A stretch of DNA of 64,000 bases, taken from positions 25,145,223-25,209,222 of the forward strand of contig NC_092391.1 of NCBI RefSeq assembly GCF_030028105.1. The letters run 5' to 3'. This stretch comes from Mobula birostris. Lineage: Eukaryota. Position numbers and translations under genes: made by a program. Below, one piece after another: positions 48,236-60,369 of this stretch. How positions within the stretch are numbered: the first letter of the stretch is position 1; every line of letters starts with the position of its first letter. Under the pieces are notes generated by a model. The model worked only from the letters and a program-made list of their open reading frames with translations. It searched no databases and was not told the origin of the DNA.

Positions 48236-51200
48236 CTGCAAGTAACAGCAAAAATTTACAGTACAGTAAATAGCTTTCTGGTCAGAGGCAAGAGTGCATC
48301 TATTCTACTATAAAACCCATGTGGTAGAATTCACACTGATCCTTACCACGCAATGTGGAAAGCCCACATCAGGGCAGTCAGTTGTGTTGTCAGATAGAGC
48401 ATAAAGAAGCGATGATTTCTCTCCCCCACACAATTCTCAATCCATGGACAGTGATGGTCATATCGCCGCACGCAGTGTTGACAGGACTGGCAATGTTTAG
48501 ACCTCATGGGCTGCTGCTGAAATGGAGGAAACTCATTAGAATTTATCTTCTAATCAAATACAGTGCAGTAAATAGTCAAGGCTAGTTTAAAATGGAATTT
48601 TGATTAGTCAGTCTTCTGCCTCTTTTTGGTAAATGAACAAGCAAGAAATTAAATTCCACAGTACCAACCTAGAAGTTAGCCAGACTTACAAAATTAAAAG
48701 TAAATACTAAAAATTTGAAATAAAGTATTATGGATTCATAGCTAGTCAATTAGTACCCAAGTAAAAACAAAGATTGATGATACATAGGCTCAAAAGGCTT
48801 CTAATTTAACATCAATGTATATTTAACTGCTGTTTCCAGTAACTCACCTTAGCCACAGGAGTTTCCAAGTGGATGGAATAAAGAAAAATTGATAGTAATG
48901 ATTGTATTATAAATAAAGGCATCCGTTAGTCTTGCGAGACCATGGATCTGCACCTGGAAAGTCTTCACTCTCCAGGGTACAGGCCTGGGCAAGGTTGTAT
49001 GGAGGACCAGCAGTTGCCCATGCTGCAAGTCTCCCCTCTCCACGACACCAATGTTGTTCAAGGGAAGGGCATTAGGACCCATACAGCTTGGCACCAGTGT
49101 CGTCGCAGAACAATGTGTGATTAAGTGCCTTGCTCAAGGACACAACACGTTGCCTTGGCTGGGGCTCGAACTCACGACCTTCAGGTTGCTAGTCCAATGC
49201 CTTAACCACTTGGCCACGTGCCCACAACAATAATAATAATAATAATTGCATTAAAACCTACTAATACAACTTAGTGCCAAGAAATACAGAGCATTCCTTA
49301 CTGTTTGGGGTGCAGTCTTTCAAATGTTAAAGTGAGGCCCTGGTATGTCTAAAAGATGAATATAAAGGATCTTGGCAAAACTCTGAAGAAGAGCAGAAAG
49401 ATTCTGTTTGGCGTCCTCCCCAATATTTTTTGCTCAACAGCATCGCTAAAAGCTGATTATCTGATCATTTCCTTCCCTACTTTATTTTCATTTTAGTACA
49501 TGGGTGTCAATGACCTGGTTAGCACCTCACTGCTTATCCCTAATTTTCATAGCAAATCATAGTCTGTGAAAGGCTTTTGGAATTCTGCAATGATAAATGT
49601 TTGTATTGTTAAGAATTTAAATCTATTTCCAAAATTGAAATTCCCACCTGGACCATGCAGTATCCGCAGCGCCTCAGTCTCTGGGCTTTCTGTATCACAG
49701 GCACCATCAGCTCCAGCTCCTTCTCCTTCTCATCCCAAACACACTGATTTGATCGAGGTACCTGTGTTTGCAAGGAACCAACAAAATCCTCAGGAACTGA
49801 AAATTTCAATTCAAGTAAAATAAAGAGCACAATATTTCAGAAAGTCCTTATTTTAATCAAAAGGGTGAATATTATTGACTTCAACCAAATTAAATCTGGG
49901 TAGTTTTAAAGGTGAAAGGAACAAAAGACTACCCTGATAGGTTTAGATAAAAAGAGTGGGAGAAATCTCATGTAAAGCAAAGTGATCAACACAGAAGAAT
50001 AGTACCAATAGCCCATTTCTGCGTTATAGCTTTTACAAAGTGCTAACAACCATGTTATGGTGATGTTGAATTCCTGGGAAATGGTCGATATCACAACTTT
50101 CTGCAATGCAAAGCAAGGTTATTGGCACATACCTCAAAAACACAACTTGAAAAATAAATAGTGTTTATTTATTTACTTCCAACCCCACCCCCCCATCCCA
50201 CCACAAATTCAACAAGAACAAATTTAACTTTGTATCTCAATTCCTTGTGTAGTGATCTGTGAATTTTGTAAGGGCGAATTTCTGTTGCCTGAGCAGCCAG
50301 TACATGGGGTAACCTATAATTTCAGGTATGAAGCAATACTGTTCCTACAGGATAATAATTTTAGCTGCTCTCGTGGAGGAATAATCACCTCAGCTACGTG
50401 CTGCAGTTTGTGCCAGATAGAGATTGATTTACCTTTAGTTCATCATCAAATGTGACGTATCCTGGGTCCATGAGGGAAGTGCTGAAGTACAGTAACATTG
50501 AACAGAGAACCAGCAGGAGAAACGTGATTGGTTGTAGGAACTCACCACGCTCTTCGCTCTGCCTCAGATCTATAATTAACAATCAGAATGAATTGTATTT
50601 ATTGAGCAACAAATATAAGATGGATAAAAATTATTCACAGTTGGACATCTTAAACAGTTTCTTGTAACTAAGAACGACGTGCTCCCATTCGAGTTCTGTA
50701 GGTTTTATTGGCGAAGGAGGCCAATATGGCACCCACATGCCAAAAGCTGCTAAAAGTGGTTGCAGCCCAGTGGGTAATTTGGGAAGTGGTGTACATCTTC
50801 CATTATTTACACTGGGCTTCTGCATGTTACAGAAGGATTTTCCCTGTCATTATAAATGCTCCTTCTCTTCTTCAAGTGGCCGTGGGCCAGAGTTTTCTAC
50901 AATCTGGGGAGAAATTAAATCTTTTCAGAGACTTTAAGAACACCTTCGAATTTTTTTTTGTCGGAGTCTAGTTCAGGTTTCTGGTGTCAGGGAAGCAATA
51001 GTGGAGTCAGCTTAGTGTAATTCGAGCTTTAATGCTAGGATTGACACAGGAGAGGACACTAATGTTGGTCAATGTACTGTTGATGGATTCAGAGAGCTTT
51101 GTAAAGACAGCAGGTGGCATTTGAAGAGTCTGCTAGAGGTTGTATGTGTCTCAGATGCACACAGGAGAGCGGAGAACAATGTTTATATGTGGACCCTGAG

Positions 51201-54101
51201 CTACATGCTGAAGGTTTTATCACAAATGCTCTTTCCTCAGATGGCTAAAGGCTACACTGGCAGAGGAAGATAATGGTAGCAGACATCCCACCTCTTCCGG
51301 AAGTTCCGGGAGTCTCCCGCATATTGATAGTGGCTCCCTGATGCCTGGAAATTATACACAATGTCCCGTAAATCGATTTTTTTTGAGAGGGAGAGCGAGC
51401 ATCCTGATTGGACTCTCTTTGTGCTAAGTAGACCTATCAATTTTCTCTGTGGGCGGGCTTTACAGTCGACCTCAAAAATAATGACAGTGTTGCTCGCTGC
51501 ACTGTTTGCATCAGCGACTTTTCTATTGCCTATAGTGTGTTAAAATGTAAAAGACATGTTGAGGTGAGTTTAACAGGTGTCATTCGTTCATTAGCGTAGC
51601 TAATGTTATTTAAACTAGCTGGCCAGCTGCTAAGGAGCTACTCTATTGATGTCCTATGTGATGACGCCAAACTCCCTATAGACTTGCTTAAAGTTGTAAT
51701 AATAAACATGATAATATAATATAAGTACATATTTTAATGTCACATTTTCTGCATATACCCAACTTGGTTTACAGATTAGACAAAATCACTAAACAAAGTA
51801 TTACATACACCCTTGGAGGTCAACCGGGGTGGGGGGTGATATGGGGTTGCGGCGGAAGGGGCTGCTACCTCCCTGAAATGAGTTTTTGTAGGGTGGGATG
51901 TCTGTGGTAGATTTCATCATTTTTATCTGAGATTATTCCTGAACAAAATTTACATGAATAACTTTGGCTCTGCAATCAAAAATTTTCTAAATTTACAGAT
52001 GATACCATCTGAAGACATTGGTTGTGAAGTTCAACACAGGTAGATGAAAGGTAGGAGAAAAAGGGTGGGGGGTGTACTTATTTAAATTGCAATGTAACTA
52101 GAGTTGCAATGATTTAACACCACTCTTGTATGTTGGCCCCAGCCATCAGTAGCAAATGCCACACAGATCTCCCCCACAAGAAAGAATAAACAGAATGGTG
52201 TCTTTTGAGAAAAGACTGAGAGTTCATCTAATGGTAGTTTTTAAAATTATGAAAGGAGCTTACAGACAGAATATTTCCATGTGTTGACTATATAAATATC
52301 TCATTGGTACCATCAGGGAGGAGGTACAGGTGCTTGAACACACGCACTCAACGTTTTAGGAACAGCTTCCTCCCCTCTGCCATCAGATTTCTGAATGGAC
52401 AGTGAACACTACCTCGCTATTTTTTTGCTCTTTCTGCACTACTTACTGATTTTTATTTTATATACAGTGTATGTATTTCTTATTGTAATTTATCACTTTT
52501 TGTGTACTGTATCACTGCCCCAAAACAATAAATTTCATGGCATATGCCAGTGATATCAAACCTGATTCTGATTCTGAACTCACTGCTAGAGGAAATGGTT
52601 GAACAAAGATGCATTCAAGAGGAGGCTGGACAAGCATGATGGAGAAGAGAACAGTGAGTTGCACCAATAGATTTTGCCAGGGGAAAATGGAAGGAGGTTC
52701 ATGTGGTGCGCAAATAATACCTGTATGAACAGAATGGATTGCTTTTATTTTATATAGGTAATAATATAATACTATGTACAGATCCCACTTAAACACAAAC
52801 TTTCCATTCTTTCAGAATAATGTCACCCGGCACCTTTTAATCAGGGAAAGATTTTTTTTAAGATGCAAACAAGCATGTGACAAGCCTTCTGAATTTCTTT
52901 TGTGAAATAAGGCAGTTTCAAAAATATGTTAAAATATAGTGCAGATATTTCCACTTCTTGAGTGCTCGAAATTGGCAGTAGTAGGGCAGGAGGAGCTGGC
53001 TGTGAGGGTACAGGAAGCGATGATTGGTTTATAAATTCAAAAGGAGCTGTAATGAAATTTACAGCTGGCTACAGCAAGTAGAGGAGGAGGGTCTACCTGT
53101 CACGTCACGAAGGCAGGATACAGGATGGGAGGCGAGATCACAATTCAGGAGGCAGTCGATTGGTAAGAAAGACCAGAATGAGGATTTCCTTTACAACTAT
53201 GGTTTAAGCTAAATTAAAGACAAGGTGATCAGTAGAGTCGAGGCACAAGTCTGAAGCAACAAACAAAATGCGAGATGGTCTTGTTTATTGATCAGTTGAT
53301 TGATTAGTATTCTTTAATTTGGTAACTATGATCTTATATTAAAAGGCAATTATTTTATTCTTGGATTAAAGGACTTTTTAAAAGTTAAAGGTATTGCAGG
53401 ATAGTTCAGTCTTAGGTTGCTTCTCAGCAACATGTACGAATTCACAGGGACATCTGTGGGGAGTTTCATGTCAGGTTTTGGAGCCCAAGCACCAGCAGAA
53501 GGGACAAAGATGCATCGAGGAGTCATGTGGAAAGCAAATTTTTAAGAGGCATGGACGAGAGCAGAGAAAATTTACCAGGATCTACTATATTATCAAACTG
53601 AAAAAGGAACTCAGTATATTAGGCAGCGTCTGTAGAGGGAAATGGACAGTCGAATTTCAGGTTGAGACCTTTCATCTGGACTCGTCCAGCAGTTTGTTTT
53701 TACTTTGTTCCAGTATCTGCAGCTACTCGTGTCTTCAAACTGACTGGGGTTCTCCTGGTGGGGAGTTACAATGAAGAGAGACCGAACAGGCTGTGTGGAG
53801 GGGGCCGAGAAGAAACCCAGTGAAGGTACACAAAAGTTTATGAAGTACAGAGAGGGTCAATTTAGAGTAGAGTTTTTCTTCAATCTGTTCGTTCACAAGC
53901 CGCCGCGTTTAGTGCATCCACAAGTTTTACATTTACACAGCGCGGTTATCTGTGAAGTTCCCCCCCCCCCACACACCTGTGGTACGACCTAATGATGACC
54001 TCACCCGTGTTGTACAGGAAGAGAACCAACGTCACCGCCCATGTCAGCGCCGCGTGAAGGGCCCGTACCAGGAAGCCGGCGGAGAGAACCTTCCGGAACA
54101 T
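47920..54101 (-). CDS. ZDHHC12: Palmitoyltransferase ZDHHC12, 5 coding exons, 276 aa
   Basis: complement join(54005..54101,50433..50569,49648..49761,48347..48513,47920..48235) = 831 nt. [32 protein letters not shown]...[50 protein letters not shown]. Confidence 0.95.
48347..48513 (-). CDS. ZDHHC12: ZDHHC12 exon 4 (DHHC motif)
   Basis: [37 protein letters not shown]; the acceptor could also be at 48516 or 48510. Confidence 0.92.
48911..49223 (-). mobile_element. tRNA-derived SINE with probable RTE-type tail
   Basis: Reverse strand A box TGGCCAAGTGG and B box GAGTTCGAGCC; imperfect flanking direct repeats taatgattgtatta / taataattgcatta. Confidence 0.8.
49325..49475 (+). mobile_element. Ancient Deu-domain-like SINE remnant (related pieces at ~55660-55840 +, ~55980-56230 -, ~63320-63500 -)
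   Basis: Shared core gaagaagagcag...ccaatattt(a)tccctca...gattatctg; family assignment is from memory of the consensus. Confidence 0.5.
49648..49761 (-). CDS. ZDHHC12: ZDHHC12 exon 3
   Basis: ...[12 protein letters not shown]; cag| ... |gtggga. Confidence 0.88.
50433..50569 (-). CDS. ZDHHC12: ZDHHC12 exon 2
   Basis: [14 protein letters not shown]...[10 protein letters not shown]. Confidence 0.93.
51280..51904. mobile_element. Non-autonomous DNA transposon, 13-bp perfect TIR, 6-bp TSD
   Basis: CAGACATCCCACC ... GGTGGGATGTCTG, flanked by tggtag at 51274-79 and 51905-10. Confidence 0.85.
52300..52578 (+). mobile_element. Rex1/Babar-like LINE 3' fragment
   Basis: PSGRRYR...[15 protein letters not shown]; tail aaacctgattctgattctga. 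Confidence 0.75.
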
Positions 54102-54430
54102 TCCCGACTAAATGTCGGCTATCCACTCACCGGCCCTCTGCTTACGCTACCGCATCGTCTCGGCGCCGCGATCCCCCCTCACACTCTGCATTAGCGGAGA
54201 AAGGGTCGGGGATAAAGCAGGGAAAAAATAACTAGAACGGAAGCTGCGAACAGCCCTGCTGAGGGGAGGACTCGATCTTTTGACAGTCTCCCAGGGAGAC
54301 AGTAAGACGGCTTCTTATTGGTGCGGATGACAGGCTGGTTGGAGGTAAAACCAGTACCGGACTCTGCTCCTCCCGATCACCGGATCTTCAGTATCGTTCA
54401 ACGCAAGTGTTGGGAGCGTAAGTAAATTAT
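53890..54430. promoter_or_regulatory. ZDHHC12 CpG-island promoter with palindromic RFX X-box-like site
   Basis: High CpG density; GTCTCCCAGGGAGAC at 54286-54300; ATTGG at ~54317. Confidence 0.65.
54005..54101 (-). CDS. ZDHHC12: ZDHHC12 exon 1
   Basis: [32 protein letters not shown], donor G|gtgagg, in a CpG-rich island. Confidence 0.92.
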
Positions 54431-56476
54431 GAGGCGAAGGTACAGTAGTATGAAAGGTTTGACAGAGACAGTGCCACAAAAAGAAACTAGAAAGATTTTC
54501 AGTAGAACTGTACCGAGGGTCTGAAATATGTTTACATAAATACGCTCCAAGTCTCAGATACTGTATGCATTAAACGAGACTGGCGTAATGGACCACGTCT
54601 GACTGATGTTTTTGGCAATTACCACTTAGCTTAAAAAGGGAATGGGTTCAAAGTATGTGAAGGTACATATTTTGTCAGGCAAGGAGGTATAAGGATGGAA
54701 TTGGTTGAACATATTTGCAGTGGCTATATCTCTGGAGAATCTCTTTGGAGTTAGGTAGTACAGATGTTTAAAATACTCATGGATTTTTTCCTCAGGCAAT
54801 TAATTGGATATTGAAATGCAAATTGGTGACTGCATAAAAGCTGTGAAGTAGTGATGATGATTCAAATAGCTCAATAAAAATTTTGATTACGTAAAAGGAT
54901 AGGAAGGGATGTTTTTGAAGTGTGTTTCAGAGAACTTTCTTGACCAGAGGAGACAAAAGAACTGATTTACTACACGTTGAGACATGCAACACAGCGCCGG
55001 CCACAAAATCTACCCCTCTCCCAGCTGAGCAGCCACCCTTTTCTCTGGAATCATCAGAATCTCAGGACATTAATGGGTTCACAGAGAATCTAGTGATGAC
55101 TTGTATATGAATAATGCAGTATGAAACTTTGTTAATAGTTATGAGAACTTTGTATATTGTTTATTGCTGTATTACAAATGCATATTCATTTTACAAAGTC
55201 TGCTAATAAAAATAATTTTAAGTATTTGGTTATAGTTTTTATCATCTAAGAGCATTTTTCTGTCATAAGATGCAGATTGTTAATTTACATCAAAATACCC
55301 TACAAATTAAATGCTATTTTATGATCCACCCAAACTGATCAATTTAGCTGAAATATAATGCAAGATATCCTCCTGGTAAAACTTTTTTTTTGTGAGAAAA
55401 GGAGGCATTCATACATTGGTGAACAAAAACTGTTATGTTCAGGATATATGTTCGGTACAGAACAGTATAATTTGACATATTATTATAATTATTCTGATTA
55501 TTTTCACTCCCCCCAAACACACATTAATCCAATTTGTCCAACTTCTGTTGTATGCTATAGCCTTTTCCCTTTCCAAGTATTTATTGAATCTCCTAGCAGC
55601 GCCATTTCAGACAATCAAACTATAAAGAGCAAGACTTCAATGTGCTACTGAGGAAGTATTGATCTACTGGCTGAGCTGTCTCTTAAACAGAGGCCCCATC
55701 TACCCTGTCATGTCAATGTAGAAGAGTCTGAGTCCAGGGTATTATTTTGAATAGGAGGAAGAGTAATACCCCATTGTTGTAGCTAATATTTTATCCCTCA
55801 AAACCAAAATGAATTGTCAAGTTATTATATTGTTTTTGAGAGAGAGAAAAATAAAAGCAGACATTTCCAGCACTATCTTGGTTCCTTTTCCAATTTCTTC
55901 GGTCTCCACCTTGAATATCTCACCTTGCAGAGTCAATCACAGTTCCTAATTTTTTTTGGATTATAGTCTCTGTAAAGTATGAAATGTAGCAGCTAATTTG
56001 TGCACAGCCAAGATCCACATGAGCAATCTGATAATGACAAAATTTTAAAAAATTTTGCTGGTTGAGGGATGAATGTTGGCCAAGATACTGCAGAGAATTC
56101 CTCAGTTTTTTTCCTTAGAAGTAAAGTTTAATGTCTCTAAAAGACAGTGAGTGCCTCTAACCATGGTACAGTTCTTCATTATAGGACCAAGAATGATAGC
56201 TTGGATCTAGGTTTGCATTTGAATCAGTGACCTGACAGGGATTATGGCTGACCCTTATTACAACACAACCAAAATGAGAATGTACAGTAACTTGATGTTG
56301 GAGGTATTGAGTCAGTTACAAAAAGGAAACCCTTTAGAACAATGAGTCTGGAAAGTTTGGAACAGTTAATGAGCAGGAATGTGTTGGGGTGCCTTAGATT
56401 CCACCCCTGCAATCCCTTCGCCCTACTTCCAGACCGTAGACAGTAGGGGGAGATGGTGGTTGAAGATTTCAGGCTT

Positions 56477-56641
56477 TTACCAAGCGCATGACATCTCAGA
56501 TGCAGCATCACTGTTTCTCCGGGTTCTCGCTGGGGACCACCCTATTTCTGAGCGTGTGTCATCTGCGTTTGTTGACTTTGGCCAACGATTGTAGCGCTTG
56601 GTGGATTGTTTATTATTCCAAATCCGAGGTTTTGTGTTCAT
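56477..56641 (-). CDS. Uncharacterised gene, coding exon 3
   Basis: tgtatttcag| 54 codons plus TAA; CpGs retained relative to the flanking intron. Confidence 0.62.
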   Translation of the reverse strand: MNTKPRIWNNKQSTKRYNRWPKSTNADDTRSEIGWSPARTRRNSDAASEMSCAW

Positions 56642-59600
56642 CTGAAATACAATATTACATTAAAAACACTTACACTCCAAGGAAACTTATAAGATGCAGT
56701 CTACTTTGTGACCATAATAACTCTACTGTTCACGTTATACATGCCACACGTCCGCAATGGGGTTGCATTTTTAAGTAGAAAGACAAGTGGGCATTATGAT
56801 GGCCTTGAATATGCTTTCCCACTTAATAAGATCCTCCTGATCCTGTGCCTGACTTCTACATTCCTGCTTAATGCCCATATCCAGTGATTCCCCTTAGGAG
56901 TCTAAGCACCCAGTGATCAAGCAGCTGAGCATTCACACTCATCCAAGAGGAGAGTTCCACAGATTTGCAATCCTCTGAGTAAAGTAGTTTCTCCTCTTCC
57001 TGAGTCTAACTGGTTGACCCATATTCCAAAACTACGCTCCCTGTTTCTAGATGTCACGCAGACTCAATACCTAACCCATCAAGCCCCAGAGAAGTATTAT
57101 ATTTCAATGAAGTCACATCACATTATAGAAAATTCCAGTGACTGCATTATACATACTTAAGATCTAAAAGATACTGTAGGTATTCTGATGTAGTTCAGAC
57201 TTGCTGTGAAGGTATAAGGATTACATTTCTAGGTGGCAGATTTTATCACGTTAACCTCCACTCCCCCCCCGCCTAAAAGTGACACACAACATTCTGTAAT
57301 AGGAGTAAGAGACAAATAGATCGAATATCTCTATATGAATTATGCTAAATGGCGTTTCTATCTTTGTCTACAGAAACACCTGGAGCTTTCTATATAAGCT
57401 TATATGAAAATATTCTATGTAATATTAAAAACGAACAGTTCATGATGTTAACTGTAGATCTGTTAGTGAGGTAGTTCCTCCCGCCCCAGAAGCCTTTGAG
57501 ATTTCTGCAATCCTTCAATTCCAGTCTCTTTCTTTGATCCGTACAGTGTAAGCTATGAAACTTGTCCCCTAATCTCTCTGCCTTAAAGATACTCCATAAA
57601 ACAAAGATCTGACCTAGCTTCAGTCACCCGTCTACTTATATTCTTAGATAGCTTACTGTAAAATTTTTAGGGGACTGAGAAAAGAAATACAAGTTGTAGG
57701 TTGTCTCCATGATCTGCACTACGTCACATTGTGGGAATAGAATGTGATTGGGAGGATAGGCTAAACAAAGTATTTTATAACTTGTACCTCAACTCAAGAC
57801 ATCACAATTTCCTCTAACCTGTATAAACACTGCTGTGTTCATTTGGAGTGTCTCCATTCGTTCGTTCATTCTTGCCAGCCAGTCCCCATGGTCCATGATC
57901 AGTAGCTTCAGGTCATCATTGGATTCCTGGATAAAATCAAAGCCAGTCTCGCTGCTGGGAGATGTGGCCTGAATTGCAGGAACACACAGAACAAGAGTTT
58001 CAAACATAGTGAAGCAAAGTAAAATTTGTCCCTCAACTCTACCACAACAATTTTAGTAGCTGGAGCATCATTCTTAGAGGCTGCAATTCAGCAAAATTAT
58101 CTCCAAGCCCATGAAATAATTTAGAGCGAATCAATGGATTGTCTGTGTTATTTGTCCGAATGGTGGTACGGATGCCGATTCAGCAACACTCAGAAAAGAA
58201 TTGGATCAATAGGAGAAAAGTAAAAGCATCCTCCACCATGTAAAAAAGACCAGGAGTGTGGGAGCTAACGGGATGACTTCCATACAGTTGGCACGGACAA
58301 AGTGAGCAGAATGGAATGCTTCTATACAACAACATGTTACGACTCTAGTCCAATTACTTTCAATACAATGCATGCCTTGTCCCTGTTAGGCTCCCACTTG
58401 AAATCATGCACAGAGAGAGAGAGAGAGAGAGAGGCAGTATATCACCAGATAATGCTTTATTTACTGAAGCTGTTTCAGGGATTAATATTAGTCAAGATCC
58501 CAATGACAGCTCCACTGTGCTTCAAAGTTCAAAGTACATTTTATTATCAGAGTGTGTATATATATCACCACATATAACCCTGAGGTTCATTTCCTTGTGG
58601 GCATACTAAAATCTATTGACGGTAACTACGAGGGGTGATTGATCAGTTCGTGGCCTAAGGTAGAAGATGAGTTATTAACTTCAAACTTCCTGCATTTTCA
58701 CTCAAAGAGTTGAACTGCACGTGCATGTAACGAGAGCCGTACAGCTCATCTCCTTCTACCTTAGGCCACGAACTTATCAATCACCCCTGCTATGGACCAC
58801 CTGGAGGTTCAAGGTGCTCTCATTACATGCACGTGCAGTTCAACACTTTGAGTGATAATGCAGAAAGTTTGAAGTTAATAACTCATCTCCTTCTACCTCA
58901 GGCCACAAAGTTATCAATTACCCCTGCTGTGGACCACTTCTACAAAGAAGGGATCTGTATGCTCCATGACCGCTGGACTAAGTGTGTACATGTAGGAGGG
59001 GACTATGTTGAAAAATAAATGTGCTAGGTTTTCTAAAATTGACTTCTTCTACCTTAGGCCACGAACTTATCTATCACCCCTCATAAAATGAGATCAGTGA
59101 AAGATCAATTGGAATGCAGAAGACAACAAACTGTGAATGTAAATATATGAGTAAATAAATAGCAATAAATAACAAGAACATGAAATAACAAGATAAAGAG
59201 AATTAAAGTGAGAGCGTTGGTTGTGGGAACATCTCAATGGATGGGCAAGGGAGCGTAGTTATTCTCCTTTGTTCAAGAGCCTTACAGTTGTGGGTACTAA
59301 CTGTTCTTGAACCTGATGGTGCGAGTCTTGAGGCACTCATACTTTCTACCTGAAGGCAGCAGTGAGAAAAGAGCTTGGCCTGGGTGGTGAGGATCTCTGA
59401 TGATGGATGCTGCTTTTCTATGACAGCATTTCATGTAGATGTGCTCAATGGTTGGGAGGGCTTTACCCATGATGTACTGGGCCGAATCCACTACCTTTTA
59501 TTGGATTTTCCATTCAAATGCATTGGTGTTTCTATACGAAGCCATGATGCAGCCAGACTAATGCAGTGTATCCTTTGCTTCCACCTGAAAAGGCACTTCA

Positions 59601-60308
59601 GCTTAATGCTTTACTGAAAATGGGAAGCGTAGGAGGATCTCAGCTTAATGTCATTTTGAAGAATGGGGGATTGATCTGGGTTTGTACTGGTGTATTGAAG
59701 GCCCTGGGGAGGGGCTTGAACCCCAGATATACTGACTTGAGTAAGTATGCAACTGATGCTAAATTGACCCCAACTTCAGTTATTCCTACCCAACTAGAGG
59801 AGAAGAGTAGTGACAATATGTCCCCTAGCTATATTAACATCTCTCAATAGAGGAAGGAATCAAATTCATACTTTTGGAATGGTGTGATGGATTTTGACCT
59901 CCCCTACCACAGGAGTGTAGCAAACCGTGGTAAGTAATTGAAAGGAAAATAAAGTACTGTATTGACTGGCTGGTGGCGTAGTGGCATCAGCGCCGGACTT
60001 CGGAGCGAAGGCTCCTGAGTTCAAATGCAGCCGGCTCCCTTGCACGCTTTCCATCCGTGCTGGGTTGAGCGTTGAGCTCAGAATAATACATTGAGCGTAA
60101 AAATAAGAAAGCCTGCTAAAAAAACCTGTCATGACGGCGTCCCGATGACTCCACCCTAAGGGCTTTCTTCAAATAAAATACGTGTTACCTCAGCGATGGA
60201 AAGTCTCAAGTGCTCCAGTTTGTCAATTTGAATCCTTAGGCGATCCTCCAGATCTTTCATCAGAGCCAAGTTTTCATCAGTCTTCAGATTTTCTCTCTGT
60301 GACATCAT
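56477..60308 (-). CDS. Uncharacterised 144-aa protein, three coding exons
   Basis: complement join(60189..60308,57819..57968,56477..56641), all phase 0 with canonical GT-AG. MMSQRENLKTDENLALMKDLEDRLRIQIDKLEHLRLSIAE|ATSPSSETGFDFIQESNDDLKLLIMDHGDWLARMNERMETLQMNTAVFIQ|MNTKPRIWNNKQSTKRYNRWPKSTNADDTRSEIGWSPARTRRNSDAASEMSCAW*. Confidence 0.7.
57819..57968 (-). CDS. Uncharacterised gene, coding exon 2
   Basis: ttcctgcaattcag| 150 nt open |gttaga. Confidence 0.7.
58520..59560 (-). mobile_element. Rex1/Babar LINE 3' fragment interrupted by a mariner derivative
   Basis: DSAQYIMGKALPTIEHIY...RDPHHPGQALFSLLPSGRKY; matches 3900-4410. Confidence 0.85.
58629..59083 (+). mobile_element. Mariner-derived non-autonomous element
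   Basis: TA-CGAGGGGTGATTGATCAGTTCGTGGCCTAAGGTAGAAG TIR and its reverse complement ending ...CCCCTCA-TA; retains the transposase C-terminus FYKEGICMLHDRWTKCVHVGGDYVEK*. Confidence 0.88.
59964..60170 (+). mobile_element. tRNA-derived SINE
   Basis: A box TGGCGTAGTGG and B box GAGTTCAAAT; flanking aaataaagtac / aaataaaatac. Confidence 0.75.
60189..60308 (-). CDS. Uncharacterised gene, coding exon 1
   Basis: Acceptor ttacttag at 60334-33, ATG at 60308, donor GAG|gtaaca; heptad-like Leu/Ile pattern. Confidence 0.68.
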
Positions 60309-60369
60309 GATGACCCTGCTATGGGCTATAATCTAAGTAATTAGATTTTATGTTGGATTAGCTACAATT

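Noticed and set aside
49140-49223. tRNA gene
   Set aside because: A and B boxes continue into a SINE body without a clean cloverleaf; the same applies to 59968-60040.
58827-59018. Functional or domesticated transposase
   Set aside because: Only the C-terminal 26 codons remain, without the DNA-binding or catalytic domains.
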